Shown here: positions 21,086-34,670 of the stretch, piece by piece
How the letters are laid out: every line of letters begins with the position of its first letter
Position numbering within the stretch: position 1 is the first letter of the stretch
NCBI GenBank assembly: GCA_963843845.1
Contig: CAWJMB010000002.1
Span: 1,888,001 to 1,952,000, forward strand
Source of the DNA: an uncultured Gemmatimonadaceae bacterium
GTDB lineage: Bacteria; Gemmatimonadota; Gemmatimonadetes; Gemmatimonadales; Gemmatimonadaceae
Length of the DNA stretch: 64,000 bases
Direction of reading: 5' to 3'
The notes under the pieces: generated by a model
Database searches by the model: none
What the model saw: the letters and a program-made list of their open reading frames with translations, nothing else
Told to the model about the DNA's origin: nothing
Program-made: the position numbers and the translations under genes

Positions 21086-22317
21086 GCGCCGCGTCCGCCG
21101 CCGTCCGGCGCCGCGCCGCCGCTCATCGCCGCGCGGAGCTGCGCACGTCCTCGCTCGCCGAGCGCCACGTTCCGGCGCCGCATGACGCGCTCGGCCACGT
21201 CGAGGAACTTCTCACCGTCGAAGCGACCGTACGGCGCGCTGCCTCCCCATGCGAACGGCTCGACCACCTTCGGCGGCATCGCGTCGTAGACGTTCGCGCC
21301 GGCACCCACCACCGTGCCCGTGGTTAGACGAAGCCCGATGCCGGTCTTCGCGTGGTCGCCGAACAGCGTCCCGAGGAACTGCAACCCCGTGTCGCGCACG
21401 CCATCGGGCGTCCAGAGCGCGACGGTGCCGTAGGTGTTCTTGAGGTTGCTCGTCGTCGTCCCGGCGCCGAGGTTCACCCAGCGGCCGAAGTACGAGTGGC
21501 CGACGAAGCCGTCGTGCCCCTTGTTCGAGTGGCCTAACACGACGGACGTGCTGATCTCGCCGTGGATCTTGCACGTGTCGCCGATCGAGCAGCCGGAGAT
21601 GCGATCCGCCACGACCGTCGAACCGGCGCCGATGTAACACGGGCCGACGATCCGCGTGAAGCTCTGCACCGTCGCACCCGATCGCACGAGGATCGGGCCC
21701 ACGCTCGCGTCGAGCACGACGAACGGCTCGATGGTCGCGCCGGCCTCGATCACGACGTCGTGCGCACCGAGCACGGTCCCGGCGTGCGACGGCGCGCGGA
21801 CGACCGTCGGTGCGAGCGCGACGAGGTCGTCGCGAAGTTGCGCGTCGAGCTGGCCGATCAGGTCCCACACGTGATCGAGCCACCGTCCCGAGAGGTCGGC
21901 GTGCTCACGGGCGCCGGCGCGTCGCGACGCGTCCGCGGCGAGCGCGTCGAGCGTCAGCTCGCCGCCGGCGAAGCGACTCAGCGGGGCCGGCTCGGCCAGA
22001 CGCACGGCCGCGACGCGTCCGTCGCAGCGCCAGACGGTCGCGTCGCGCGGCCCGGCCACGAGCGCCACCACCGCTCGCGCATTCGCGACGATCGCGCCGA
22101 CCGGAAGCGTCGCCGTCGCCGCAGCCGGCGCGTCGAACTCCTCGAAGTCGGCGAGGTGTGCGGCGCCGATGAACCCGTGTGCCGCCTCGCCGAGCGCGCG
22201 CTCCCAGCGGCGGCGAACGAGCTCGGCGCCGGCGCGCAGCTCGCCGACCGGTCGGGTCAGCGCGAACGGCGCGAAGCCGCGTGCGACGCGGTCGTCGTAC
22301 AGATAGAGGGCGGTCAC
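21082..22317 (-). CDS. GlmU-related putative sugar nucleotidyltransferase with left-handed beta-helix
   Basis: PFALTRPVGELRAG, hexapeptide repeats, and NKGHDGFVGHSY.G.WVNLGAGT.TSNLKNTY. Confidence 0.8.
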   Translation of the reverse strand: MTALYLYDDRVARGFAPFALTRPVGELRAGAELVRRRWERALGEAAHGFIGAAHLADFEEFDAPAAATATLPVGAIVANARAVVALVAGPRDATVWRCDGRVAAVRLAEPAPLSRFAGGELTLDALAADASRRAGAREHADLSGRWLDHVWDLIGQLDAQLRDDLVALAPTVVRAPSHAGTVLGAHDVVIEAGATIEPFVVLDASVGPILVRSGATVQSFTRIVGPCYIGAGSTVVADRISGCSIGDTCKIHGEISTSVVLGHSNKGHDGFVGHSYFGRWVNLGAGTTTSNLKNTYGTVALWTPDGVRDTGLQFLGTLFGDHAKTGIGLRLTTGTVVGAGANVYDAMPPKVVEPFAWGGSAPYGRFDGEKFLDVAERVMRRRNVALGERGRAQLRAAMSGGAAPDGGGRGA

Positions 22318-22327
22318 GACGCGGAGT

Positions 22328-23370
22328 TCAGCTACGGTCGAGCAGGTCGTGCGGGAGCGTGTCGATCAGCGTCTTGAGGTCGCTCGAGCGATCGACCGTC
22401 GTCACGAGAGTGACTCCGTCGTCAGCGACGACGACGAGATCGTTTACCCCGTACAGAATGACCGCGTTCCCGGGCGCGTGGACCACGTTGCGGTGTGCAT
22501 CGAGCACATACACGCGGCCGCTCGTCGCGTTGTCGGCGTGGTCGCGCGCGCGCACGCGGCCCAACGCGCCCCACGTGCCGACGTCGTCCCACCCGAAATC
22601 GCCCGGCAGCACGAGTACCCGACGGCTCCGCTCCATGACCCCCACGTCGACGGCGACCGGCGTGACGTCGCCGAAGAAGCGCGCGATGTCGACGCCCGCG
22701 GCTCGGAGCGCCGGCGCCGACTTCGGGGCAGAGCGCGTCGACCTCGGCGAGGAAGTCGCCGGCGCGCCAGACGAAGATGCCCGAATTCCAGAGGAAGCCG
22801 TCCGCGCGCATGCGGCCGGCTCGCGCGCGGTCCGGCTTCTCGACGAAGCGTGCGACGCGTCGGATGCCGGGCGCGACCTCGTCGCCCGGTTGGATGTAGC
22901 CGAACCCCGGATCGTCGCGCGTCGGGACGATACCCACCGTCACGAGGCTCTCGTACGCCGACGCCGCATCGCCGGCCGCGCGGAGCGTCGCACGAAAGCC
23001 GTCCGGATCGCCGACCGACCAGTCCGCGTGCACGCAGAGCATCACCGCGTCGGCGCCACCGCGCGCCGCGACGAGCTTCGCCGCCCACGCGAGCGCCGCC
23101 GCCGTGCCAGCCGGCTTCGGCTCGGCGACGAGATTCTCCGGCGGAAGGTCGGGGCAGAGCGCGCGGATCGGCGCCGTGAGCGAGGCGTTCGTGAGGATGA
23201 GCGTCCGCTCGAGCGGCACGAGCGGCGCGAGCCGGTCGAGGGTGTTCTGCAGCAGCGGCCGCGTCGTCGACGAGCGGCAGCAGCTGCTTCGGCCGCTCGG
23301 GGGTGCTCATCGGCCAGAAGCGCGAGCCGACGCCGCCAGCGAGCACGACTGCCCAGAGCGGCGTGCTCAC
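22328..23370 (-). CDS. manC: Mannose-1-phosphate guanylyltransferase (frameshifts about 23260 and 22710)
   Basis: VVLAGGVGSRFWPMS..PKQLL, EP...GTA, GFGYI, RFVEKP, WNSGIF and WDDVGTW. Confidence 0.9.
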
Positions 23371-23935
23371 CGATCGGCGCGATCGGTGTCGGTCGGTGAC
23401 GGGCGTCGTCTGCCGCGCCGGCCAGCTCGACGGCGCGGGCGTAGAGCTTCTTCGGGCTGAACGGCTTCGTCATGAAGTCCGTCGCGCCGAGGGCCATCGC
23501 CTGCCGGTACTGCTGCTCCTGTCCGGCGGCGGTGAGGATGATGCACGGAAGGTCGCGGTACCGCGCGTCACCGCGCAGCCTGCCGAGCACGTCGAGGCCG
23601 CTGACGTTCGGCATCATGAGGTCGAGCAGCACGAGATCGAAATCGCCGTCGCGCTCCAGTGCGTCGAGCGCCTGCTGTCCGTCGAACGCGAGCGTGACGC
23701 GGAAGGGACCCTGCTCGAGCTTCATCTGGATGATGCGGCCGATGTGCGGCTCGTCATCGGCGACGAGCACGTGTCGCACCGGCGGACCCGCGTCGCGCGC
23801 GTCGGCCGCCGCCTCGACGTGGCGCAGCGCTGGGCGGTCGGAGCGCAGCGGCGTGGACGCCGGCTGCGGCAGATCGGCGGCCAGGCGCGCCGGCGTGCCG
23901 AGGCGGACGGGAACGAGTCGGTCGAATGGAATCAC
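23367..23935 (-). CDS. Single-domain response regulator (stop lost by a 3' indel, end approximate)
   Basis: VLVADDEPHI, DLVLLDLMMP, ILTA and TKPFSP. GTG at 23935 overlaps the roadblock gene stop. Confidence 0.85.
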
Positions 23936-24306
23936 GAGGTCACGGTCGAACGGACGATCGAGGCGAACCGCGCCCGTTCTCGCCGCAGCTCGGCGATGAG
24001 GGGACCGGTCGGGGCATCGGGGGCGAGGAGCACGACCAGCCGCACGTCCGGCGTCAGCACCGACACGGCGGCGAGGCCGCCGCGCTCGTGCTCGAACACC
24101 ATGGTCGCGAGCGCCCCACGCGACGCGCGGCGCCGACGTCGTCCGCCGCGGCGAGCAGCGGTGGCAGGTGCGCGGCGAGCCGGTCGCGGTCGATCGACGC
24201 ATCCGCGTCGGCGTCGATGACGAGCCCGTCCCGCCCGACGGCGATCGCGGCGACGACTCCGTGTCGATTGCTGAGCGACGTGACCAGCTCGCGGATCGGT
24301 AGGCAT
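23932..24306 (-). CDS. Roadblock/LC7 (MglB-like) domain protein (two compensating-frame indels)
   Basis: IRELVTSLSNRHGVVAAIAVGRDGLVIDA in one frame, then GALATMVFEHERGGLAAVSVL..VRLVVL....GPLIAELRRER. Confidence 0.8.
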   Translation of the reverse strand: MPTDPRAGHVAQQSTRSRRRDRRRAGRARHRRRRGCVDRPRPARRAPATAARRGGRRRRRASRGALATMVFEHERGGLAAVSVLTPDVRLVVLLAPDAPTGPLIAELRRERARFASIVRSTVTS

Positions 24307-24404
24307 TCTGAGGAACGATCAAGCGAGGCGGGGGGCGCGCGACGCAACGCCGCGCAGTGACGCGATCCGCGCCTCGGCGGGTAGCACGACGGCGGCAGGC
24401 TCGG

Positions 24405-24433
24405 TTGAAGTGCCTCTCCGCGCCGGGTATCCT
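24405..24433 (+). promoter_or_regulatory. sigma70-type promoter of the lipoprotein-serS operon
   Basis: TTGAAG, 17-nt spacer, TATCCT in the divergent intergenic region. Confidence 0.55.
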
Positions 24434-24473
24434 TCGCCGCTGCACTGCATCTTCCGACGCCAGAACGACTTCG

Positions 24474-25111
24474 ATGTTCGCTCCCTCCCGTCCGCCCCGC
24501 CGCCGCGCCATGCGGGCACTCGCTGCCCGCGACCGTGATCGGTGTCGCGACGTCTGCCGCGGCGTGTGGCGGCACGGACCCGTACGCACCGGTCGCGACG
24601 CTCGACGACCCAGTCGGCGGCGTTTCAGGTGTACGCCCTGTCCACCGCTCCGTCGCTCCTCCCGACCGCGCTCTCGCTCTACGGATTCGAGGCGGTCCGG
24701 CCGGCCGTGCGCTCGAACCTGTCGCTCAAGTTCGACATGGCGTTCGACGTCGACGCGGCCGGACGGGTCCGCCTGCTGCAGCCGAAGCTGCTCGTCGCGC
24801 CGCAGAGCGCCGCGCTCGTGACCGGCTTCCAGGTGGTCTCGAACACGACGTTCGAGGGGCTCACGCGCGCGCCGACGGGGGGCTATCAGTACGACTCGGC
24901 GATGGTGGTGACGCCGCGGGCAGGTCGTCGCGATCCAGACGCAGGGCTCGGGCCCGGCGAGCGTCGTCTGTGCGATCTCGACGCCGATGTACGCGAAGCT
25001 CGTCGTCGACAGTGTGCGGGCGGTGAACGGGACGTCCGCCGTGTTCTTCGGGGTCGGGTCGACACGAACTGCGGCTTCCGGTCGCTCGAGGAAGGCCTTC
25101 CGAAATCCTGA
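24474..25111 (+). CDS. Hypothetical lipoprotein (several frameshifts)
   Basis: Basic N-terminus, hydrophobic stretch and lipobox SAAAC-GG, then FDMAFDVD, APTGGY, YAKLVVD and DTNCGFRSLEEGLP in shifting frames. Confidence 0.65.
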
Positions 25112-25121
25112 TTGCGCTCTC

Positions 25122-27618
<2,497 letters not shown>

Positions 27619-27622
<4 letters not shown>

Positions 27623-30030
27623 CGCAGTCTCGCATCACGCAGTCCCAGCTCTTCGACGACCCGCGCGCCGTCGCCGCGCGCCGCGATCCGTTAGGCGGCC
27701 TCAACCCCTCGCAGCGCGAGGCCGTGCTCCACGTGGATGGGCCCGCGCTGGTGCTGGCGGGGGCCGGCTCCGGCAAGACGCGCGTGCTGACGACGCGCAT
27801 CGCGCGGCTGATCGAGGAGCACAAGGTCGATCCGTCGCGCATCCTCGCGGTCACGTTCACGAACAAGGCCGCCGGCGAGATGCGCGAGCGCATCGGGCGA
27901 CTGCTCGGCTTCGCGCCCGTCGGGATGTGGGTGGGCACGTTCCACGCGATCGGCGCCCGCCTGCTCCGCGCCCAGGCGCACCTCGTCGGTCGCGACGCGC
28001 GGTTCACGATCTACGACGAGGACGACACGATCGGCGCGCTGAAGCGCCTCTTCGAACGTCACAAGATCTCCCCGAAAGACACCTCGCCGAAGGCTGTCCT
28101 GTCCGCGATCAGCGAGGCGAAGAACCAGCTCGTGCCGCCGTCGGAGTTCGAGGCGCTGGCGAAGGATCCGTTCACCCGCGTCGTCTCGCTGATCTTCAAG
28201 GATCTCGAACCCGCGATGCGACAGGCGAACGCGGCGAGCTTCGACGACCTGCTGGTGCTGCCGGTCGAGATTCTCCGCGCGAATCCGCACGTGCTCGAGA
28301 ACTATCGACGTCGCTTCGATTACATCCTCGTCGACGAGTATCAGGATACGAACCGCGCGCAGTTCGAGTTCGTGCGGCTGTTGGCCGGCGAGCGCGGGAA
28401 CGTGATGGTCGTCGGTGACGAGGATCAGTCGGTCTACGGCTGGCGGGGAGCGGACATCCGCAACATCCTCGATTTCGAGAAGACCTGGCCGACCGCGCGC
28501 ACGATCCGTCTCGAGGAGAACTACCGCTCGACCCCCAACGTGCTCGAGCTCGCGAACGTCGTCATCGCGGAGAACACCCAGCGGCTCGGCAAGACGCTGC
28601 GCGCGACCCGGCCGGCGGGAGAGCGGGTGACGCTCGTCGGCGCGCTCGACGATCGCGACGAGGCCGACTTCGTCGTCGAGGAGATCGGGACTCGGCGGAG
28701 CAGCGAACATCGGGTGCTCCGCGACTTCGCGATCCTCTATCGGACGAATGCGCAGAGCCGTTCGCTGGAAGAGGCGCTCCGCCGCCGCGCGTTTCCATAC
28801 CGACTCGTCGGCGCGGTGCGGTTCTACGACCGCCGCGAGATCCGCGACCTCATGGCGTACCTCAAGCTCGTCGCGAATCCCGCGGACAGCGAGGCGTTTC
28901 GTCGCGTCGTGAACGTGCCGAAGCGTGGCATCGGCGATACGTCGGTCGACATGCTCGCCGCCATCGCGGAGCGCGACCGGATCCCGATGCTCGAAGCGGC
29001 TCGGCGTCCGGAGTGCATCGACGGGCTTCGGCCAGCGGCTCGCGCGTCGCTCGCGGAGTTCGTGGCGCTCGTCGATCGGCTGCGCGCGCGCGCGCCGGAG
29101 CAGAGCGTCGACGAACTGCTGCGCACGCTCATCGAGGCGATCAAGTACGGCGAGCACCTGAAGGCCGAGGGCCCGGACTGGAAGGAGCGCACCGAGAACG
29201 TACAGGCGCTCGTCGACGGCGCGGCCGAGACCGTGGCGGACGACGGGGGCGAGGTCGGACTCACGCCGCTCGACCATTTCCTGCAGAAGGCGACGCTGGT
29301 CGCCGGCGTCGACGCGCTCGATCCGAACGCCGACGCGATCACGCTGATGACGATGCACAACGCGAAGGGGCTCGAGTTTCCGGTCGTGTTCATCACCGGA
29401 CTCGAAGACGGCCTCTTCCCGCTCGCGCGTGCGTACGACGATCCGGCGCAGCTCGAGGAAGAACGCCGCTTGTTCTACGTCGGCATCACGCGCGCGGAGG
29501 AGAAGCTGTTCCTGGTGCACGCCGAGCAGCGGCTGCGGAACGGCGAGGTGATGCGGTCACGTCCGTCCGGCTTCCTCGACAATCTCGCGCCCGCGATGTT
29601 CGAGCGCCGGATGACGGTCAAGGCACGCAGCTCGGGGCGCGCGTTCATGGCCGAATTCGGCGGCGGCGGCTCCGGCAGCGGGCGGCAGCGCGACCGTGAC
29701 GGCGGCGCGCGATGGGGACACCGCGGCGCGCGCGACGTGGACACCTTCGAGTGGGGCGACAGCGCCGCGACCCGGCGCCCTGGCACGCCGGTCGCGTCCC
29801 CGAGTACGGGGCGCAAGTCGTCGCCGCCCGACCCGGTCGACGAGTCGCAGGACGCCGCGATCCTGACCGTGGGCGCGCGCGTGAAGCACCGCAAGTTCGG
29901 CGCGGGAAAGATCGCCGAGCTGTCGGGCTCGGGGCGCGACGCGAAGGTGCGCATCGACTTCGACGACGAGACCGTGGGGAGGAAGACGCTCGTCGTCGCG
30001 CAGGCCAACCTCGAACGAGAATGGGAGTGA
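27619..30030 (+). CDS. uvrD: ATP-dependent DNA helicase UvrD/PcrA
   Basis: LAGAGSGKT, VTFTNKAA, VDEYQDTN, LEENYRS, MTMHNAKGLEF, EERRLFYVGITRA and a C-terminal Tudor-like VGARVKHRKFGAG. Confidence 0.96.
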
Positions 30031-30033
30031 CGC

Positions 30034-30363
30034 GTGGCCGTCTCGGAGCGCGACGTTAGGCACATCGCGGAGCTGGGGCGCCTCGCGCTTCCTGCCGAAC
30101 GCGTGCCGTCGCTCGTCGCGGAGCTCAATGGTATCCTCCGGCACATGGACGTGCTCGCGAAGACCAGCACCGACGGTGTGGACCCGGTGTTGGGTGTCGG
30201 GGCCGGAGGGATGCGACTGCGCGCGGACGACGGCGATCCCTACCACCTGGGCGTCGCACGCGACACGTTCGCGCCCGAGATGCGCGCGGGGTTCTTTCTC
30301 GTGCCGCGCCTCGCGTCGCACGCCGCCGGCAGCGCGGCGCCGCGCGAGGAGGCGGTGTCGTGA
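30034..30363 (+). CDS. gatC: Asp/Glu-tRNA amidotransferase subunit C
   Basis: DVRHIAELGRLAL..LRAD..AP....GFFLVPR, upstream of gatA. Confidence 0.92.
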   Translation: MAVSERDVRHIAELGRLALPAERVPSLVAELNGILRHMDVLAKTSTDGVDPVLGVGAGGMRLRADDGDPYHLGVARDTFAPEMRAGFFLVPRLASHAAGSAAPREEAVS

Positions 30364-31832
30364 TGCAGTCGAACGTCGTCACCAACGCTGCCGCGAGCAT
30401 CGCCACCGATGTCGCGAGCGGGCGCCGGTCCGCGACGGAGGTCGTCGCCGCGAGCGTCGGCCCGACGGCCGACGCACTGCGAGATCCCACCGAACTGAAC
30501 GCACTGCTCTGGTGCGACCCCGGGGCGGCCCTCGCGGCAGCCGACGCGTTCGATCGACGCGAGGACTCGCTGGTCGCGCGGCCGCTCGCCGGCGTGCCCG
30601 TCGCCGTGAAGGACAACCTCGCGACGTTAGGCACGCCGACGACGTGCGGCTCGCGCATCCTCGAAGGCTACGTGAGCCCGTACGAGGCAACCTCCGTCGC
30701 CCGGCTGCGCGCCGCTGGCGCGATCGTGGTGGCGAAGACGAACATGGACGAGTTCGGGATGGGATCGTCGACCGAGCACAGTGCCTACGGCGCGGCGCGC
30801 AACCCGTTCGACCGCACGCGCGTTCCCGGCGGCTCGTCGGGCGGCTCCGCCATCGCCGTCGCGACCGGGATGACCCCGATCGCGTTGGGTTCCGAGACCG
30901 GTGGCTCGGTGCGGCAGCCGGCGGCGTTCTGCGGCGTCGTCGGCGTGAAGCCCACCTACGGGCGCGTCAGCCGCTACGGGCTCGTCGCGTTCGCCTCGTC
31001 GCTCGATCACGTCGGCGTGTTCGGCCGCACCGTCGACGACGCGGCGCTGGGCCTCGAGGTGATTGCCGGGCTGGACCCGCTCGACGCGACCTCGGCGGAC
31101 GTGTCGGTCCCTGCGTATCGGGGCGCGGGCGCGTACAACGCCGACGGGCTGCCGCTGCGGGGAGTGCGCATCGGACGGCCGAGAGAGTACTTCCCCGACG
31201 CTCTCGATGGCCGCATCCGTGACCGGATCGACGCCGCCGCCGAGCAGCTGCGTGTGGCGGGCGCCGAGATCGTCGACGTCTCGCTGCCGCACACGTCGCT
31301 CGCCGTCCCGGTCTACTACGTGCTCGCCCCCGCCGAAGCGTCGAGCAACCTCGCACGGTTCGACGGCGTGCGATTCGGTCGACGCGAGCCGGCCGGCGAC
31401 GTGACCGCGATGTACGAGCGGACCCGCTCGTCCGGCTTCGGTGCCGAGGTCACGCGGCGCATCCTGATCGGCACGTACGTGCTCTCGGCCGGCTACTACG
31501 ACGCGTACTACAGACGCGCGCAGGAGGTCCGGGCGCTCATCGCGCGCGATTTCGAGCATGCGTTCGGCGCGGTCGACGTCCTGCTCACGCCCACGACGCC
31601 GACGGTCGCGTTCCCGCTCGGCTCCGTGACCGATCCATACGAGATGTACCTGAACGACATCTTCACCGTGACCGCGAACCTCGCGGGGGTGCCGGCGATG
31701 AGTCTCCCTGTCGGCCGCGTCGACGGACTGCCGGTCGGTGCCCAGCTCATGGCGCCGCACTTCGGCGAGACCATGATGTTTCGCACCGCCTACGCGCTCG
31801 AGCGCGCGCTCGGCGAGGCCGCGCACCGATGA
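30360..31832 (+). CDS. gatA: Asp/Glu-tRNA amidotransferase subunit A
   Basis: KDN, KTNMDEFGMGSS, PGGSSGGS, GSETGGSVRQPA, SSNLARFDG and GYYDAYY. Confidence 0.96.
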   Translation: MMQSNVVTNAAASIATDVASGRRSATEVVAASVGPTADALRDPTELNALLWCDPGAALAAADAFDRREDSLVARPLAGVPVAVKDNLATLGTPTTCGSRILEGYVSPYEATSVARLRAAGAIVVAKTNMDEFGMGSSTEHSAYGAARNPFDRTRVPGGSSGGSAIAVATGMTPIALGSETGGSVRQPAAFCGVVGVKPTYGRVSRYGLVAFASSLDHVGVFGRTVDDAALGLEVIAGLDPLDATSADVSVPAYRGAGAYNADGLPLRGVRIGRPREYFPDALDGRIRDRIDAAAEQLRVAGAEIVDVSLPHTSLAVPVYYVLAPAEASSNLARFDGVRFGRREPAGDVTAMYERTRSSGFGAEVTRRILIGTYVLSAGYYDAYYRRAQEVRALIARDFEHAFGAVDVLLTPTTPTVAFPLGSVTDPYEMYLNDIFTVTANLAGVPAMSLPVGRVDGLPVGAQLMAPHFGETMMFRTAYALERALGEAAHR

Positions 31833-33328
31833 CGGCAGCACGCGCCTCCCAGCGCGGACGCGTCGAGCGCCGCCGCAGCTCGAACGATCGGTACGAGATG
31901 GTCGTCGGGCTCGAGGTGCACGTGCAGCTCGCGACACGCACCAAGATCTTCTGCAACTGCTCGACATCCTTCGGCGCCGAGCCGAACGCGAACACCTGCC
32001 CGGTCTGCCTCGGACTTCCGGGCTCGCTCCCCGTGTTGAACTACGAAGCCGTGCGACTCGCGACCCGCGCCGCGCTCGCGCTCGGCTGCGACGTGCAGGA
32101 GTCGTCGGTCTTCGCGCGGAAGCATTACTTCTATCCCGACCTGCCGAAAGGCTACCAGATCTCGCAGTTCGATCAGCCGCTCGCGACGACAGGTCACGTG
32201 CAGATCGGCGAGTATCCGGACGGCGCGCCGCTCAACGTCGGCGTCGAGCGTGTGCACCTCGAGGAAGACGCCGGCAAGTTGCTGCACGACCGGTTCGACG
32301 GCGCGACCGCCATCGACCTCAATCGCACCGGAACGCCGCTCATCGAGATCGTGAGTCTCCCGGTCATGCGCTCGGCCGCCGAGGCGGGGGCGTACCTGCG
32401 CGCGCTCAAGCAGATCATCGAGTACGTCGGGGCGAGCGACGCGAACATGGATGAGGGTTCCCTCCGCGTCGACGCGAACATCAGCATCCGGAAGCGCGGC
32501 GACAGCACACTCGGCACGAAGGCGGAGATCAAGAACCTCAACTCGTTCTCGGCCGTCGAGCGTGCGCTGGAGGCCGAGTTCGCGCGTCAGGCGAGCGTGC
32601 TCGACGCGGGAGGCACGATCTCGCAGCAGACGATGCTGTGGGACGACGCGCGGGGAACCACTCGTCCGGCGCGCTCGAAGGAGGGCAGTGACGACTACCG
32701 CTACTTCCCGGACCCCGACCTGCCGCCGCTGATCCTGTCGAAGGAGTGGATCGAGGCACAGCGCGCGGAGCTGCCCGAGCTGCCCGGCGCGCTGCGCGCG
32801 CGTCTGCGCGAGGCCCACGGCCTCACGCCCGCCGAGGTGGATGTGCTGACGGCCGATCCGGGCGTCGCCGTCTACTATGAAAGCGTCGCGCGGACCCATG
32901 GCGACGCCAAGACCGTCGCGCATTGGGTGACGCGCGACGTGCTCGCGGTACTGAACGAGACGGGACGTAGTATCCAGGAGTTCGGGAGACAGGTCCGGCC
33001 GGCCGATCTGTCGGCGTTGCTCGACATGATCCGTGACGGCGTCGTCAGCCACTCCGCGGGCACGAAGGTCTTCGTGGCGATGGTGCGCTCCGGCGAGCCG
33101 CCCGGCGTCATCGCCGATCGCGCCGGGCTGCTGCAGGTGTCGGACGACGTGCAGCTCGCCCGGTGGCTCGACGAGGTCTTCGCCGAGCACCCCGACGAGG
33201 CGGCCCGCTTCGTCGCCGGCGAGCGGAAGCTGCAAGGGCCGCTCGTCGGTCACGTGATGAAGAAGTCGGCCGGACGCGCGGACCCGCGGAGGCTGAGCGC
33301 GATGCTCGCGGCCCGCATCGCGACGTGA
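31829..33328 (+). CDS. gatB: Asp/Glu-tRNA amidotransferase subunit B
   Basis: GLEVHVQL, YFYPDLPKGYQISQ, HLEEDAGK, EIKNLNSF and DYRYFPDPDL. Confidence 0.97.
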   Translation: MTAARASQRGRVERRRSSNDRYEMVVGLEVHVQLATRTKIFCNCSTSFGAEPNANTCPVCLGLPGSLPVLNYEAVRLATRAALALGCDVQESSVFARKHYFYPDLPKGYQISQFDQPLATTGHVQIGEYPDGAPLNVGVERVHLEEDAGKLLHDRFDGATAIDLNRTGTPLIEIVSLPVMRSAAEAGAYLRALKQIIEYVGASDANMDEGSLRVDANISIRKRGDSTLGTKAEIKNLNSFSAVERALEAEFARQASVLDAGGTISQQTMLWDDARGTTRPARSKEGSDDYRYFPDPDLPPLILSKEWIEAQRAELPELPGALRARLREAHGLTPAEVDVLTADPGVAVYYESVARTHGDAKTVAHWVTRDVLAVLNETGRSIQEFGRQVRPADLSALLDMIRDGVVSHSAGTKVFVAMVRSGEPPGVIADRAGLLQVSDDVQLARWLDEVFAEHPDEAARFVAGERKLQGPLVGHVMKKSAGRADPRRLSAMLAARIAT

Positions 33329-33373
33329 GCGTTGAGGGCGAGGCGTTCACCGCCTCCCCGTCCTGCCCACTCG

Positions 33374-34291
33374 TCAGCCGCGCGGCGCCTTGTACTCGGG
33401 CACGAAGAGCGGCGTTCTCAGTCCGTCGGCGTGGCCGAGCGATGATGTCGGCAGCCCGAACTGCCGGTCCGCTTCGTCGCGCGCCACCGCGAGTCCTCCC
33501 CGCCGCAGCGCCGCGCGCCGCACCTGTTTCGCCGCCGTGAGTGGCCCGTCGCCAGACGGATCGAGGCGGTACGGCTCGGAGTCCGTCCCGCGTCGGAGCC
33601 AGTCGATCACGTAGTCGAACGACAGCTTGAGCTGCCGCTCGACCTCGTCGTCCGCGAGATCCCAGCGGCTGTTCTGCCGCATGAGCCCGAAGATGCGCTG
33701 CCACGATTCGTTGTCCGCAGCGTGCACCATGCCACGGAAGATCCGCCGATTCGTCGACGTGCTGAAAATCGTCGGGCTGAGAATGCGATCGAGATGCTCG
33801 TCGGCGTGTGCGTGGTCGAGCATGATGAGCTCGCGCGCCTGTCGTGCGCACCGATCGCCCAGATGCGTCTCGAAGCGGCTCTCCCAGTAGCTGTGCCCGA
33901 GCGATGCGGTGCTCGCGGTGATCGCGAGTTGCCGCGGCACGAAGAAGTTGTGCGCCACGGCGTCGGCCGCGAGGTGCGCCTGGTATCCGAGCGCGAACGC
34001 CTGCAGCCGTTCCTCCGCCGCCCGCTCCGCGATCTCGAGTCCGACGTTCCACGAGTGACAGTGGCGTCCGGTCGGAACGTACTTCTTCGCGATGCTCGTG
34101 TCCGCCGCGATCGAGCCGTAGAGAAAGTCGCGTGGGTAGGCGCGAAGCAGCGTGGCGACCGCGGCCGGCAGCAGGTCGAGCGACCGCAGCACCGCCTCGC
34201 CGATGTAGACGTGCGTGCCCGGTGTCCACGCGTGCGCCGTCGACGGGAGCAGCGCGCCTAACGCGATCGCGCAGGCGACGCAGGCGAGCAC
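33374..34291 (-). CDS. Exported zinc-dependent phospholipase C family protein
   Basis: Signal peptide AHA|WTPGTH, FLYGSIAAD, HCHSW, GYQAHLAAD.VAHN and HSYWE. Confidence 0.8.
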   Translation of the reverse strand: MLACVACAIALGALLPSTAHAWTPGTHVYIGEAVLRSLDLLPAAVATLLRAYPRDFLYGSIAADTSIAKKYVPTGRHCHSWNVGLEIAERAAEERLQAFALGYQAHLAADAVAHNFFVPRQLAITASTASLGHSYWESRFETHLGDRCARQARELIMLDHAHADEHLDRILSPTIFSTSTNRRIFRGMVHAADNESWQRIFGLMRQNSRWDLADDEVERQLKLSFDYVIDWLRRGTDSEPYRLDPSGDGPLTAAKQVRRAALRRGGLAVARDEADRQFGLPTSSLGHADGLRTPLFVPEYKAPRG

Positions 34292-34338
34292 CGTCCGGAG
34301 CGTCAGCGTGTCTGACGCCCCGCCGATCGCGATCCCTG

Positions 34339-34670
34339 TCAGATGCCGAGCCGCCGCCGCTGCCGTCGCGCGACCTTGCGCAGCGAGCTGATCTCGCGCT
34401 TGAGCAGGTCGTCGAACGTGTCGCGCGCCTGGCGGCCGGCCCCCTGGATCCGATCGGCGACGTCTGACGCCTGCCGACGTCCGCGCTTCACGGCGCGGTC
34501 GCGCGCGAGGCGGATCACCGCACCCGCGGTCGGCTCGTCGGCGAACATGCGCGACAAGAGGAAGCCGAGCCCCGCGCCCACGGCCGCGCCCATCAGCGCC
34601 GCGGTCACGAGCGCGTCGTCTTCGGGCAGGGCGCCGGACTCGCGCGGCGCGGTCGCCGCGCCGCGCTCAC
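34339..34670 (-). CDS. YtxH-like small membrane protein (start uncertain)
   Basis: ALMGAAVGAGLGFLL glycine-rich TM segment followed by an amphipathic charged helix. Confidence 0.6.
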
